Positions 18,064 to 27,762 of a stretch of DNA of 64,000 bases are shown here, piece after piece. The position numbers and the translations under genes were made by a program. This DNA is from a bacterium (GTDB lineage: Bacteria; Elusimicrobiota; JBDRMW01; JBDROU01), in the NCBI GenBank assembly GCA_043809745.1, contig JBDROU010000073.1, forward strand, positions 98,218 through 162,217. The letters run 5' to 3'. The notes beneath the pieces are model-generated. The model searched no databases. It was not told where the DNA came from and saw only the letters and a program-made list of their open reading frames with translations. How positions within the stretch are numbered: the first letter of the stretch is position 1; every line of letters begins with the position of its first letter.

Positions 18064-19097
18064 ACGTAAAGACCCTTTATTGGGATAATGAAAAGCTTTA
18101 CATTTTAGATCAACTTAAACTGCCCAATAAAATTTCTTATATATGCTGCAAGAATGCCGGACAGGTTGCAGATGCAATCAGGAAGATGAATTTAAGAGGA
18201 GCTCCAGCTATAGGGGTTGCCGCCGCATATGCTTTCGCGCTCGCATTTAGGAGCAAAAAGTTCAGCTCTAAGAATATTTTTCAGAATTATGTGCAAAGGG
18301 TGGCTAATGAATTAAACGGCACAAGGCCGACCGCTGTTAATTTATTCTGGGCTTGTAAGAGGATGTCGAAAAAAGCAAAAAGTATTTTTAAGTTAAACTC
18401 CTTAATTGATGACCAGCTGCTGATAGAGGCGAAAAGGATACATGAAGATGATGTTGCAATTAATAAAAAAATCGGTGAAAACGGGGAAAAGCTGTTAAAA
18501 AAAGGATCACATATAATCACGCACTGTAATGCGGGAGCGCTTGCTACTGGCGGGTACGGGACGGCGTTGGGTGTGATATATTCAGCATTTAAGAAGGGTA
18601 AGATAAAAAAAGTATTTGTTGATGAGACCAGGCCCTATCTTCAGGGGGCTCGTCTTACAATGTGGGAGTTGATGCAAAGAAAAATTCCCTGCCAGCTTAT
18701 AACCGATAATATGGCTGGTTTTGCGATGAAAAGAAACAAGATTAGCGCTTGTATTATAGGTGCTGACCGGGTGGTTAGTAACGGTGATGTGGCCAACAAG
18801 ATTGGCAGTTACTCATTAGCTGTGTTAGCGGATTACCATAAGATACCTTTTTATGTCGCTGCGCCGCTGTCAACTTTTGACGTATCTAAAAAAACGGGTG
18901 ATGAGATAGTAATTGAAGAGCGTTCGGCTAAAGAAGTAGTTTCGATTGGGCCGGTTTCAATAGCGCCAAAATGCTGCAAGGTTTGGCATCCAGCATTTGA
19001 CATAACGCCTTCGCGTTTAATAAAGGCAATAATTACAGAAAAAGGCGTAATAAAAGCCCCTTATATAAAAAGTATTGATAAGCTTATGCAAAATTAA
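18060..19097 (+). CDS. mtnA: S-methyl-5-thioribose-1-phosphate isomerase
   Basis: RGAPAIG, TRPTAVNL, THCNAGALAT, DETRPYLQGARLT, ANKIG. Confidence 0.96.
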   Translation: MNVKTLYWDNEKLYILDQLKLPNKISYICCKNAGQVADAIRKMNLRGAPAIGVAAAYAFALAFRSKKFSSKNIFQNYVQRVANELNGTRPTAVNLFWACKRMSKKAKSIFKLNSLIDDQLLIEAKRIHEDDVAINKKIGENGEKLLKKGSHIITHCNAGALATGGYGTALGVIYSAFKKGKIKKVFVDETRPYLQGARLTMWELMQRKIPCQLITDNMAGFAMKRNKISACIIGADRVVSNGDVANKIGSYSLAVLADYHKIPFYVAAPLSTFDVSKKTGDEIVIEERSAKEVVSIGPVSIAPKCCKVWHPAFDITPSRLIKAIITEKGVIKAPYIKSIDKLMQN

Positions 19098-19107
19098 GGA
19101 AATAGAT

Positions 19108-21942
19108 ATGAGTAAGAAAGAAAAGGCCAATAATACTAAGAGCGTGAATCTTCCCAGAACAGCTTTTCCTATGAAAGCTAATTTGCAGGTGCGTGAAATT
19201 GAATTCATGGATTTTTGGAAGAAGGAAGAGATATATAGAAAATTAATAAGCAAAAATAAAAATAATAAAAGGTTTATACTGCATGACGGCCCCCCATATG
19301 CTAATGGAAACATTCATCTCGGGCATGCCCTTAACAAGATCCTTAAGGACATGGTTGTTAAGTACAAGGCCTGTGATGGTCATTATACACCGTTTATACC
19401 CGGGTGGGATTGCCATGGGCTTCCCATTGAACATCAGCTTATGAAAAAGCTTAAAACTAATAAACGAAAGATTAACCGGGAAGATTTCAGGAAAAAAGCT
19501 TATGAGTTTGCTGAAAAATATTTCGTAATACAAAGAGAAGAATTTGTCAGGTTAGGTATTCTAGCAGACTGGGATAATCCATATTTGACAATGACCAAGG
19601 ATTATGAGTACGGGATAATCTCAACATTCAATAAACTTCTTAAGAATGAATATATTTATAGAAGCAAGAAGCCGGTATTTTGGTGCATCTGTTGTGAAAC
19701 AGCTTTAGCCGATGCTGAGGTAGAATATGAGAATCATATATCACCATCCATCTATGTGCGGTTCCCGCTAATTGAAGGTCAAAAATTTGGGGAAACGGTT
19801 GTTAATAAACAAACTCCGGTTTCCATGTTAATCTGGACGACAACCCCTTGGACCCTTCCAGCAAATGTTGCTGTTGCGGTAGAGCCCGAGAAGGCTTATG
19901 GTTTGTATAAAACTGGTAATAGCGAACTATATATTGCAGCCGCTGATCCAGAACTTGAAAAGGAGTATCCAAAATTAGGAATTCAAATCGATAAACCAAA
20001 ATCTGTTATTCAGGGCAGTGATTTGCTCGGTTTAAAAGTAATGCACCCTTTATTAAATAGAGAATCGGTGATTGTGGGGTCTGGTTTTGTGCAGATGGAT
20101 ACAGGGGTAGGCGCAATTCATATCGCTCCGGGTCATGGGCTTGAGGATTATCAGGTAGGGCTTGAAAATGGACTTCCGGTGATCTCTCCTGTCGACGAAA
20201 TGGGATTTTTTACTGAAGAAGCGGGAATCTGTGTAGGAGAAAATATATTTAATGCGAACGGAAAAATAACAAAAGAACTCGGAGACAGAAAACTTTTATT
20301 GTCTGAAGATAAGATTGAGCATTCATATCCACATTGCTGGCGATGTAAGAATCCTGTAATTTACAGGGCTACTAAACAATGGTTTCTTTCGATAAATCAC
20401 AGAGAGCTGCGCCAGAAGATGCTGGACAGCATCAAGAAAGTTAAATGGATTCCCGGTTATGGTGAGAATAGAATTCTTGGCATGGTTGAATCACGTCCGG
20501 ATTGGTGTCTGTCCAGGCAGAGATACTGGGGGACGCCGATACCGATTATCTATTGTGAAGACTGTCAAGCTCCTGTTATTGATGATGGAATTATAAAAAG
20601 GATAGAGGATATATTCAAAGAGGGCGGATCAGAAGCATATTATCAAACAAGCGTAAAAGAAATCATAGGCGACAATTTTGCATGCCGTTCCTGCGACGGG
20701 AGTTCTTTCAAAAAGGAGGAGGATATACTTGATGTATGGTTCGACTCAGGGGTTTCTCATGAAGCGGTTATGGAAAATCCAAGATTTAATTTAGGATGGC
20801 CGGCAACGATGTATCTGGAAGGGTCAGATCAACATAGAGGATGGTTTCAAACTTCTCTTATAACTGCGGTAGCATTGAAGGCTCGAGCACCTTATGAAAG
20901 CGTTCTTACACATGGATTTACTGTTGATGGCCAGGGAAGAAAGATGTCTAAATCACAAGGAAATGTTATCGCGCCGCAAGCGGTAATAAAGGATTATGGA
21001 GCAGATATTTTACGGCTCTGGGTTGCAGCAAGCGATTACAGGGAAGATGTTAGGGTGTCGCAGGATATTATTAGAGGCCTGGTTGATTTGTATAGGAAGA
21101 TTAGGAATACTTTTCGTTTTATTCTTGGCAATACTTATGATTATAATGCGAGTGAGCATAAGAAAAATATGGATCCTGAGCATGGGTATCCCAACTTTTT
21201 GGAAATAGATAAATATATATTGAATCGCCTGCAAAAACTGCTGAAAGTTGTTAATGATGCATATGAATCAAATGAGTTTCATAAAGTGGTATTTTATTTT
21301 AATCAGTTTTGCAGCTCGGAATTAAGTTCGTTTTACTTTGATATAATTAAAGATAGGTTATATACATTCAGTTCATTTTCAAAAGAAAGACATTATGCGC
21401 AAACTGTGCTTTGGGAGCTTTTTGAGAATTTAAGCTGTTTGATAGCCCCTATACTTTCGTTTACATCTGAAGAAGTATGGAAATTTGCAAGGGATGAGCA
21501 CAAGGATTGGGAGTCTGTCGAGAGTGTTTTTTTAGCGCCTTTTCCCAAGGTTAAGGACTTCCTTTTGTCAGATGATTTGGAAACTAACTGGCGCGAACTT
21601 TTGAAAGTGCGCGAAAAAGTCAATGCTGTGCTGGAAAATTTTCGCATTCAGAAAAAGATAGGAAGCTCACTTGAGGCATGGGTTAGATTGTTCCCTGCCG
21701 GTGAAGAGGAATATGGCTTGCTTGAACGGTTTAAGGATCAGCTGGATACGATTTTTATAGTATCAAGGGTGAGTGTTGAAGCTCCGGGAAAAGGATCAGA
21801 ATTATCTGTGGAAATTGAGAAAGCTTCTGTGGAGAAGTGTTCAAGATGCTGGCGTTATACGGGGGATCAAAGTAAGATAGGCGATGAACTTATTTGCAGT
21901 AGGTGTCTGGCTCATATTGAGGAAAATGAAAAGGGTTTATGA
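19108..21942 (+). CDS. ileS: Isoleucine--tRNA ligase
   Basis: HDGPPYANG.IHLGH, GWDCHGLPIE, WTTTPWTLP, KMSKS, C-terminal Zn finger; ATG 19108 follows AAGGA. Confidence 0.98.
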   Translation: MSKKEKANNTKSVNLPRTAFPMKANLQVREIEFMDFWKKEEIYRKLISKNKNNKRFILHDGPPYANGNIHLGHALNKILKDMVVKYKACDGHYTPFIPGWDCHGLPIEHQLMKKLKTNKRKINREDFRKKAYEFAEKYFVIQREEFVRLGILADWDNPYLTMTKDYEYGIISTFNKLLKNEYIYRSKKPVFWCICCETALADAEVEYENHISPSIYVRFPLIEGQKFGETVVNKQTPVSMLIWTTTPWTLPANVAVAVEPEKAYGLYKTGNSELYIAAADPELEKEYPKLGIQIDKPKSVIQGSDLLGLKVMHPLLNRESVIVGSGFVQMDTGVGAIHIAPGHGLEDYQVGLENGLPVISPVDEMGFFTEEAGICVGENIFNANGKITKELGDRKLLLSEDKIEHSYPHCWRCKNPVIYRATKQWFLSINHRELRQKMLDSIKKVKWIPGYGENRILGMVESRPDWCLSRQRYWGTPIPIIYCEDCQAPVIDDGIIKRIEDIFKEGGSEAYYQTSVKEIIGDNFACRSCDGSSFKKEEDILDVWFDSGVSHEAVMENPRFNLGWPATMYLEGSDQHRGWFQTSLITAVALKARAPYESVLTHGFTVDGQGRKMSKSQGNVIAPQAVIKDYGADILRLWVAASDYREDVRVSQDIIRGLVDLYRKIRNTFRFILGNTYDYNASEHKKNMDPEHGYPNFLEIDKYILNRLQKLLKVVNDAYESNEFHKVVFYFNQFCSSELSSFYFDIIKDRLYTFSSFSKERHYAQTVLWELFENLSCLIAPILSFTSEEVWKFARDEHKDWESVESVFLAPFPKVKDFLLSDDLETNWRELLKVREKVNAVLENFRIQKKIGSSLEAWVRLFPAGEEEYGLLERFKDQLDTIFIVSRVSVEAPGKGSELSVEIEKASVEKCSRCWRYTGDQSKIGDELICSRCLAHIEENEKGL

Positions 21943-22415
21943 GTAAAATTATATTCTTGTTGCCTGTAGTTTGCTTCATGATTGATCAAATAAGTAAACT
22001 CATAATTAGGAATAATCTATTCCTGGGTGAATCAATTAAGGTATTTCCGTTTCTTTATATAACATACATTACTAATACAGGGACTGCGTTTGGTTTGGCA
22101 AAAGGTAATAATACTTTTTTTATAATAGTGATACTTATTGTTATCTTCTTTATTGTTGCGTTTAAGAAGAGTATATTTTCACCGAGCTGGGTATCATTTA
22201 TATCTTACAGCCTTATACTTGGCGGAGCTTTTGGTAACTTGTTAGACAGGATTATGTTTGGCAAGGTCATTGATTTTATTGATTTTCGTTTTTGGCCGGT
22301 TTTTAACTTTGCAGATACATTTGTTTCTATTGGGGCGATTCTTTATTTAGCGGAGTCGCTTTTTAGGAGGGATTGTGTGTCCAGTACTAATTCAGTTAGG
22401 ATTATTGAGCATTAA
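21939..22415 (+). CDS. lspA: Lipoprotein signal peptidase II
   Basis: DQ.SK, NTG.AFG, GA.GNL.DR, VIDFI, FNFAD. Confidence 0.96.
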   Translation: MSKIIFLLPVVCFMIDQISKLIIRNNLFLGESIKVFPFLYITYITNTGTAFGLAKGNNTFFIIVILIVIFFIVAFKKSIFSPSWVSFISYSLILGGAFGNLLDRIMFGKVIDFIDFRFWPVFNFADTFVSIGAILYLAESLFRRDCVSSTNSVRIIEH

Positions 22416-23151
22416 AACATATGGTTTGTTTGTAATCATAGGTTTTTTAGCCGCTTTATTTTATATTAAAAGGAAAGCGCATAAATATAATTTTTCTGAT
22501 GAATTTGTTTATGATCTGGCTTTTTGGGCACTGTTTTCCGGTATACTAGGAGCAAGGATTACTTATATACTGCTGGATATTAAGTATTTTATAGGTAATC
22601 CACTTGAGATGTTTATGATATGGAAAGGGGGGCTTGTATACTATGGCGGACTCCTGGGAGGTATCCTGGGAGGTATTGCAATAATATATAAATATCGTAT
22701 ATATAATTGGAAAAAGGTTGCTGATGTCCTTTCCCCGAGTATTGCTCTTGCGCATGCGTTTGGCCGTATTGGTTGTTTTTTTGCAGGGTGCTGTTATGGG
22801 AAGATAACGAGCAGTAAGATAGGAATAACCTTTTCACACCCTGAATCATTTGCCCCTGCAGGGGTGTCAGTTTACCCGACCCAACTGATGGAGGCATTCG
22901 GAAATATTCTGATCTTCCTTTTTTTGAATTATAAATTGGGGAAAGAAAAATACGAAGGACAAATATTTACTTTATATATATTGTTGTATGCATTATTGCG
23001 TTTCATCAATGAATTTTTTAGGGGTGATTACAGAGGGCCCGAGTTATTTAGTGTGACCCTTTTGCAATGGGTTTCGCTTGGGCTTTTTGCGGCTGCAATG
23101 ATTTTCTTATTAAAAGGAGGTATGAGGTCTCCCAAAAAATCGGAATCCTGA
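22375..23151 (+). CDS. lgt: Prolipoprotein diacylglyceryl transferase
   Basis: GAR..Y, GGL.YYGG, GRIGCFFAGCCYG, PTQL.E, RF..EFFRGD. Confidence 0.95.
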   Translation: MCPVLIQLGLLSIKTYGLFVIIGFLAALFYIKRKAHKYNFSDEFVYDLAFWALFSGILGARITYILLDIKYFIGNPLEMFMIWKGGLVYYGGLLGGILGGIAIIYKYRIYNWKKVADVLSPSIALAHAFGRIGCFFAGCCYGKITSSKIGITFSHPESFAPAGVSVYPTQLMEAFGNILIFLFLNYKLGKEKYEGQIFTLYILLYALLRFINEFFRGDYRGPELFSVTLLQWVSLGLFAAAMIFLLKGGMRSPKKSES

Positions 23152-23194
23152 GCGATGTCGAAGGATTGAAGTAACGGACTTTTTGAGCGGTCTC
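23124..23194. mobile_element. 71-bp MITE/REP-like element overlapping the lgt 3' end
   Basis: Imperfect 18-bp terminal IRs (23124-23141 and 23177-23194, 13/18) around CCTGAGCGATGTCGAAGG; related copies near 35408 and 53488-53539. Confidence 0.6.
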
Positions 23195-23208
23195 TTTAGA
23201 TAAACAAA

Positions 23209-24108
23209 TTGCGTGATGAGATTATACAATTCAACAAAGAGAAATCTCAAAGGCTCGACATCTATCTTGCAGAGCATTTTACCTGCTTTTCGAGAACTTA
23301 TTTTCAGGCAATTATAAAAAAAGGATTTGTAACGGTTAATAAGACAAAAACTCTCTCTTCTAGAAAGCTGGTTAACGGAGATACAATTAGTATCAGGTTT
23401 GTTGATCGTATTTCCAATGTAGTACCAGAAAAGATAAGTTTAAACGTTATTTATGAAGATGCGGATCTTTTGGTGATTAATAAGCCTGCCGGAGTGGTTG
23501 TCCATCCTGCGTGCGGGCATCCAAAGGGGACTATAGTTAACGGGGTGCTCTTTTATCTTGGCGGTCAAATGAATGCTGTTTCAAGGATTGGACTTGTGCA
23601 CAGGCTTGATAAGGAAACCTCTGGGGTGCTGCTGATTGCCAAGAATGACAAAGCATTTCTTTCGCTTTCTAAACAGTTTTCTAAACGTACAGTAAAGAAG
23701 GCGTATCTGGTTCTGGTATCCGGTATAATTGATGAGAATGAGGGAGTGATAGAGAAACCTTTAGGAAGAAGCCCGCATGATAGAAAAAAAATCGCGGTTG
23801 TTACTGATGGGCGTAACTCTACAACCAGATTTAAGGTAATAAAACGTTTTGCGAATGAAACGTATTTGGAAGCTAAACCTACAACAGGCCGCACACATCA
23901 GATTCGTGTGCATCTTGCTTCAATAGGGAATGGAGTGGTTGGTGATAGGGAGTATAATCCTAAAAGCGCAGATTCTACAAGGATGATGCTGCATGCAGCG
24001 GAATTAGGTATTATTCATCCCAGAACGAAAAAAAGAATGGACTTTCTAGCGCCGCCGCCTTCTGAGTTCTGTGCGGAAATTAATAAGAGATCCAAGAAAA
24101 AACGTTAA
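23209..24108 (+). CDS. rluD: RluA-family 23S rRNA pseudouridine synthase (RluD-like)
   Basis: S4 domain RLD.YL; NKPAG.VVHP; HRLDKETSG; TGRTHQIRVH. Confidence 0.9.
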   Translation: MRDEIIQFNKEKSQRLDIYLAEHFTCFSRTYFQAIIKKGFVTVNKTKTLSSRKLVNGDTISIRFVDRISNVVPEKISLNVIYEDADLLVINKPAGVVVHPACGHPKGTIVNGVLFYLGGQMNAVSRIGLVHRLDKETSGVLLIAKNDKAFLSLSKQFSKRTVKKAYLVLVSGIIDENEGVIEKPLGRSPHDRKKIAVVTDGRNSTTRFKVIKRFANETYLEAKPTTGRTHQIRVHLASIGNGVVGDREYNPKSADSTRMMLHAAELGIIHPRTKKRMDFLAPPPSEFCAEINKRSKKKR

Positions 24109-24121
24109 ATTGGGAGAAGCT

Positions 24122-24667
24122 GTGAATTTTAATAAGTATTTTTGTTTTGCTGTATTATTTTTTATAATTAGTATAATAAGTGCTGGTCATATAGCCGGCC
24201 AGGATCCGGCTGTTGAAAAGGAGATAGATAAACTTTCTAAATCGCTCCAATCGCAAAAGAAGGATTTAAGCAGTTTATCCAAAACCATTTCAGATTTAAA
24301 TGCGGCTCTTTTGGAATTAAATAAAAAAAGTTTTGGATATGAGGAAGCGCTGAAGGAATTGAATGCTGATTATACAAGGCTATCTGACGATACTCAGACG
24401 ATTGAGGCGTTAGTAAGAAGAAATAAGGATGAAACTGTTCAGTTGAACCAATTTTTGGAAGAGCAAAAGGCTTTGCTGACTGAATTGCAGCAGCAAATAA
24501 GATTATTTAAAAAGACTGTTTCGAGTATACAAGAGAGGCAAAGTGTCGGAGATTATAATTTAGAAAAGGATTATAGAGGGGAAATTGTAAAAAGCCGCAG
24601 ATCATCTAAATTCTTGAGCGCTCTAGCGATTATAATTAGCGTAGTAGCTTTGGGTGTAGCTTTGTAA
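24122..24667 (+). CDS. Coiled-coil protein with N-terminal signal/TM and C-terminal TM
   Basis: GTG 24122 after GGGAG; hydrophobic termini; heptad-rich middle. Confidence 0.65.
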   Translation: MNFNKYFCFAVLFFIISIISAGHIAGQDPAVEKEIDKLSKSLQSQKKDLSSLSKTISDLNAALLELNKKSFGYEEALKELNADYTRLSDDTQTIEALVRRNKDETVQLNQFLEEQKALLTELQQQIRLFKKTVSSIQERQSVGDYNLEKDYRGEIVKSRRSSKFLSALAIIISVVALGVAL

Positions 24668-24716
24668 ATATTAAGTCCCCGAGCAGGTAAAATTTTATTT
24701 TTTGAGGATTGAACAA

Positions 24717-25316
24717 ATGGGTTTGTTATTAGTTGTCTCGTCGCCTTCGGGATGTGGAAAAACAACAGTAGTCAATAAAATACTCAAGAAATCCAAGGAT
24801 TTTAACAGGAGTGTTTCTTATACCACGAGACCGCGCCAAAATGGTGAAATAAATGGGCAGGATTATAACTTTCTCACTGAAAAAAGGTTTAAGCATCTTA
24901 TAAAAAAAAGTTTTTTTATTGAATGGGCCAATGTCCATGGATATTTGTATGGGACTTCAAAAAAACAATTATTGAAATGCATTAATGGGAGGAAAGATAC
25001 ATTCTACGTTATTGATGTTATAGGAGGTTTGCGCTTAAAAAAGATACTGCCGCATTCAATCTTAATATTTTTGGCGCCGCCTAAAATACGAGATTTGAAT
25101 AAAAGAATTGAAAAAAGAAAAAGAGAAAATAAGGAAGAAATAAAAAAGCGTCTTAAAAGAGCTGTCTTCGAATTCGAAAAAGCTAAAAGGTATGATTATT
25201 TAGTTATAAATGATGATGTTAATAAAACCGTTGCTTTAGTAGAGGATATAGTAAAAGTTGAGAAATATAAATCAAAACGTAATCTAGATAAAATTAGTGC
25301 GCTGATAAAAAGATAA
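24717..25316 (+). CDS. gmk: Guanylate kinase
   Basis: SSPSGCGKTT, SYTTRPR..E..G.DY.F, EWA.VHG.LYGT. Confidence 0.96.
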   Translation: MGLLLVVSSPSGCGKTTVVNKILKKSKDFNRSVSYTTRPRQNGEINGQDYNFLTEKRFKHLIKKSFFIEWANVHGYLYGTSKKQLLKCINGRKDTFYVIDVIGGLRLKKILPHSILIFLAPPKIRDLNKRIEKRKRENKEEIKKRLKRAVFEFEKAKRYDYLVINDDVNKTVALVEDIVKVEKYKSKRNLDKISALIKR

Positions 25317-25343
25317 TATTTTAGTAATAAACAAGGGGGCATA

Positions 25344-25565
25344 ATGACTAAAAGCAAAGAGGAGCAGGAGAAATCGTCGTTGGAAAAATTGGTTTTTGAT
25401 GATCAAAGGAATAAATACCAGATGATCGCATATACCATAAGATGGTGCAGACACCTTTCAAAGAATAATGAGGAGCATAAAACTACGCAAGAGCTTCTTT
25501 ATAAGGCTATTGAAGATGTCTATTCCGGGAATGTAAGTTTTAAGGAAATTGAGAAAAAAAATTAA
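25344..25565 (+). CDS. rpoZ: Probable RNA polymerase omega subunit (divergent)
   Basis: 73 aa between gmk and coaC (canonical rpoZ position); NKY...R and A.E...G pattern. Confidence 0.6.
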   Translation: MTKSKEEQEKSSLEKLVFDDQRNKYQMIAYTIRWCRHLSKNNEEHKTTQELLYKAIEDVYSGNVSFKEIEKKN

Positions 25566-25613
25566 TAATTAGCTGGTATTATTTCTAGAAAATGATATCA
25601 GGCCGGTAATTTT

Positions 25614-26180
25614 ATGAAAAGAAAAATTGATAGGAATTTCTATAAAAAAGAGATAATAGTCGGTATAACCGGGAGCATAGCTGCATATAAGGCGTGCGAC
25701 CTGGTGCATGCTTTGAAAAAGTGCGGCGCAAATGTAAATGTCATTATTACTGAAAATGGCAAGCGTTTCATTACTCCACTAAGTCTGCAATATTTAAGCG
25801 GCGGCAGAGTTTATGATGATTTTTTCGAAATTGGCACATGGTCTGATAAACATATAGGCTTGGCCGAGCGGGCAGATATAATTGTAGTTGCGCCTGCTAG
25901 TGCAGATTTTATTGCCAGGGTTGCTTTAGGGCGGGCAAGCGATCTGTTAAGCGCCACACTTCTTACAACGAGATCCCGAGTAATTATTGTTCCTGCGATG
26001 AATTCTAATATGTTTACACATCAATTAACTCAAGCTAATTTGGAGAGATTAAGATCAACAGGTTATAAGATCCTTGGCCCCCAAAAAGGTGATCTGGCAT
26101 GCGGAGAGGAAGGGATTGGACGTATGTTTGATGTCACTGGGATAGTTGATTATTTGAGAAAGTGCTTGAGCGCTAAATAA
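25614..26180 (+). CDS. coaC: Phosphopantothenoylcysteine decarboxylase (stand-alone CoaC)
   Basis: GITGSIAAYKA, HI.LA, APASA, PAMN..M, LACGE.G.GR. Confidence 0.92.
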   Translation: MKRKIDRNFYKKEIIVGITGSIAAYKACDLVHALKKCGANVNVIITENGKRFITPLSLQYLSGGRVYDDFFEIGTWSDKHIGLAERADIIVVAPASADFIARVALGRASDLLSATLLTTRSRVIIVPAMNSNMFTHQLTQANLERLRSTGYKILGPQKGDLACGEEGIGRMFDVTGIVDYLRKCLSAK

Positions 26181-26268
26181 GATTACTAAAACAACATAAG
26201 AGCTTCATTTTTTTCTTGAGCAAATAGAATAATCTATAGTTAGTGTTTAACCCAAGTTTGAATTAATA

Positions 26269-26916
26269 ATGATTGTTAAAAAACCTCTTAATACTAAAAC
26301 TGTTTTAATTAGCGCGGGTCCTACAAGAGAGTATCTGGATCCTGTTCGCTTTATATCCAATGAGTCATCCGGGAATATGGGCTACGCTTTAGCAAGCGAA
26401 GCAAGAAGACTTGGTGCTAAAGTAATACTCATATCCGGTCCAACGAACTTAAAACCGCCTCAAGGTGTAAGGTTTGTGAAAGTTGTTTCAGCGGGCGATA
26501 TGCTGAAGAAGGTGCATCAAAACATTGAACAGGCTGACTTTTTTTTGTCGTCTGCCGCAGTAGCAGATTTTGCCCCGAAAAAGTTCGTCAGGAATAAAAT
26601 AAGAAAAAGGCAATTCGATTACTTCCTGCAGCTTAAACCCACGGCAGATATACTAAAGAAACTTTCTTCAAAAAAAGGTAAAAGAATTTTCGTAGGTTTT
26701 AATTTAAGCGATTCGATAAAAAATAATTCTGAAGCGGTAAAAAAACTTAAGGAAAAACAATTGGATTTTATCTTTTCAAATTCGCTAAAAAACTTAAATA
26801 ATCCTAAAGGCAGTTATATATTACTTGATAAAAAGAACAATGTTGAGCGACTAACTTTTATGAGCAAAAGTATGCTGGCTAAGAAAATGTTTAAGTTTAT
26901 ATTAAAAAATATCTAA
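26269..26916 (+). CDS. coaB: Phosphopantothenate--cysteine ligase (stand-alone CoaB)
   Basis: SAGPTRE.LDPVRFISN.SSG.MG, AAVADF, VGF. Confidence 0.9.
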   Translation: MIVKKPLNTKTVLISAGPTREYLDPVRFISNESSGNMGYALASEARRLGAKVILISGPTNLKPPQGVRFVKVVSAGDMLKKVHQNIEQADFFLSSAAVADFAPKKFVRNKIRKRQFDYFLQLKPTADILKKLSSKKGKRIFVGFNLSDSIKNNSEAVKKLKEKQLDFIFSNSLKNLNNPKGSYILLDKKNNVERLTFMSKSMLAKKMFKFILKNI

Positions 26917-26997
26917 TTGTTTTTACATGAGGTGTAAAAATTTTTCCTGAAGTTGATGTTTCAATGTTGGGAAGAACGCAAGATGAGAGGGATGAAA

Positions 26998-27762
26998 ATG
27001 AAAAATAAGAAGGAGAAAGATCGGTCAGAAAACTTATTAAATAATGCGGGATATTACGAACTGTTAGATGCAGCTAAACAAAAGGTGAGGGAGATGAAAG
27101 ATAGAGGTCAAAGAGATGTGCTTTTTCCCAAAAGCGTAAGTCTTGTTCAAAAAAAAAGAGATGGTTCAGAAAAAACGGAACTGCTTAAAGAAGTTGCAGG
27201 AAAAGCCGAACTTTGCAGAAAGTGTCCTTTAGGAGATACCAGGATAAAATCTGTTTTTGGTGTAGGTAATCCCGATGCGGCAGTGATTTTTATAGGAGAA
27301 GGTCCGGGGTATGATGAAGACAGACAGGGATTCCCTTTTGTAGGCAGGGCAGGGAAGCTGTTGGACAAGATGCTTGCTTCAATAAATCTGGATCGGAATA
27401 AAGCGTATATAGCTAATGTTGTCAAGTGTCATCCAATGATTGATCCCGGTAATCCTGAAAAGAGAGGGAATGACAGGCCGCCTTCATACGAAGAGGCTTC
27501 GCAATGTATACACTTTCTAAAGGAGCAAATAAGGATTATAAAGCCTAAGATTCTGTGTATTCTTGGGGCGTCAGCTTTACGGTATGTGATTGGTATTGAA
27601 GAAGGTATAGGGCAGGTGAGAGGGAGGTTCATAGATTATGAAGGTATCAAGACGCTAATTACTTATCATCCTGCTGCGCTTTTAAGAAATCCTTCATTGA
27701 AACTTAAATCTTGGCAAGATCTTCAAATGTTGCGTGATGCTATCCAACAAATTTCTTCATAA
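26998..27762 (+). CDS. Uracil-DNA glycosylase, family 4
   Basis: C..C.L, GEGPG.DED.QG.PFVGRAG.LL, NVVKC.P, TYHPAALLR; start could also be 26983 or 26992. Confidence 0.93.
   Translation: MKNKKEKDRSENLLNNAGYYELLDAAKQKVREMKDRGQRDVLFPKSVSLVQKKRDGSEKTELLKEVAGKAELCRKCPLGDTRIKSVFGVGNPDAAVIFIGEGPGYDEDRQGFPFVGRAGKLLDKMLASINLDRNKAYIANVVKCHPMIDPGNPEKRGNDRPPSYEEASQCIHFLKEQIRIIKPKILCILGASALRYVIGIEEGIGQVRGRFIDYEGIKTLITYHPAALLRNPSLKLKSWQDLQMLRDAIQQISS

Noticed and set aside
19060-19107. T-box leader for ileS
   Set aside because: Only 10 nt separate mtnA from ileS, leaving no room for a leader
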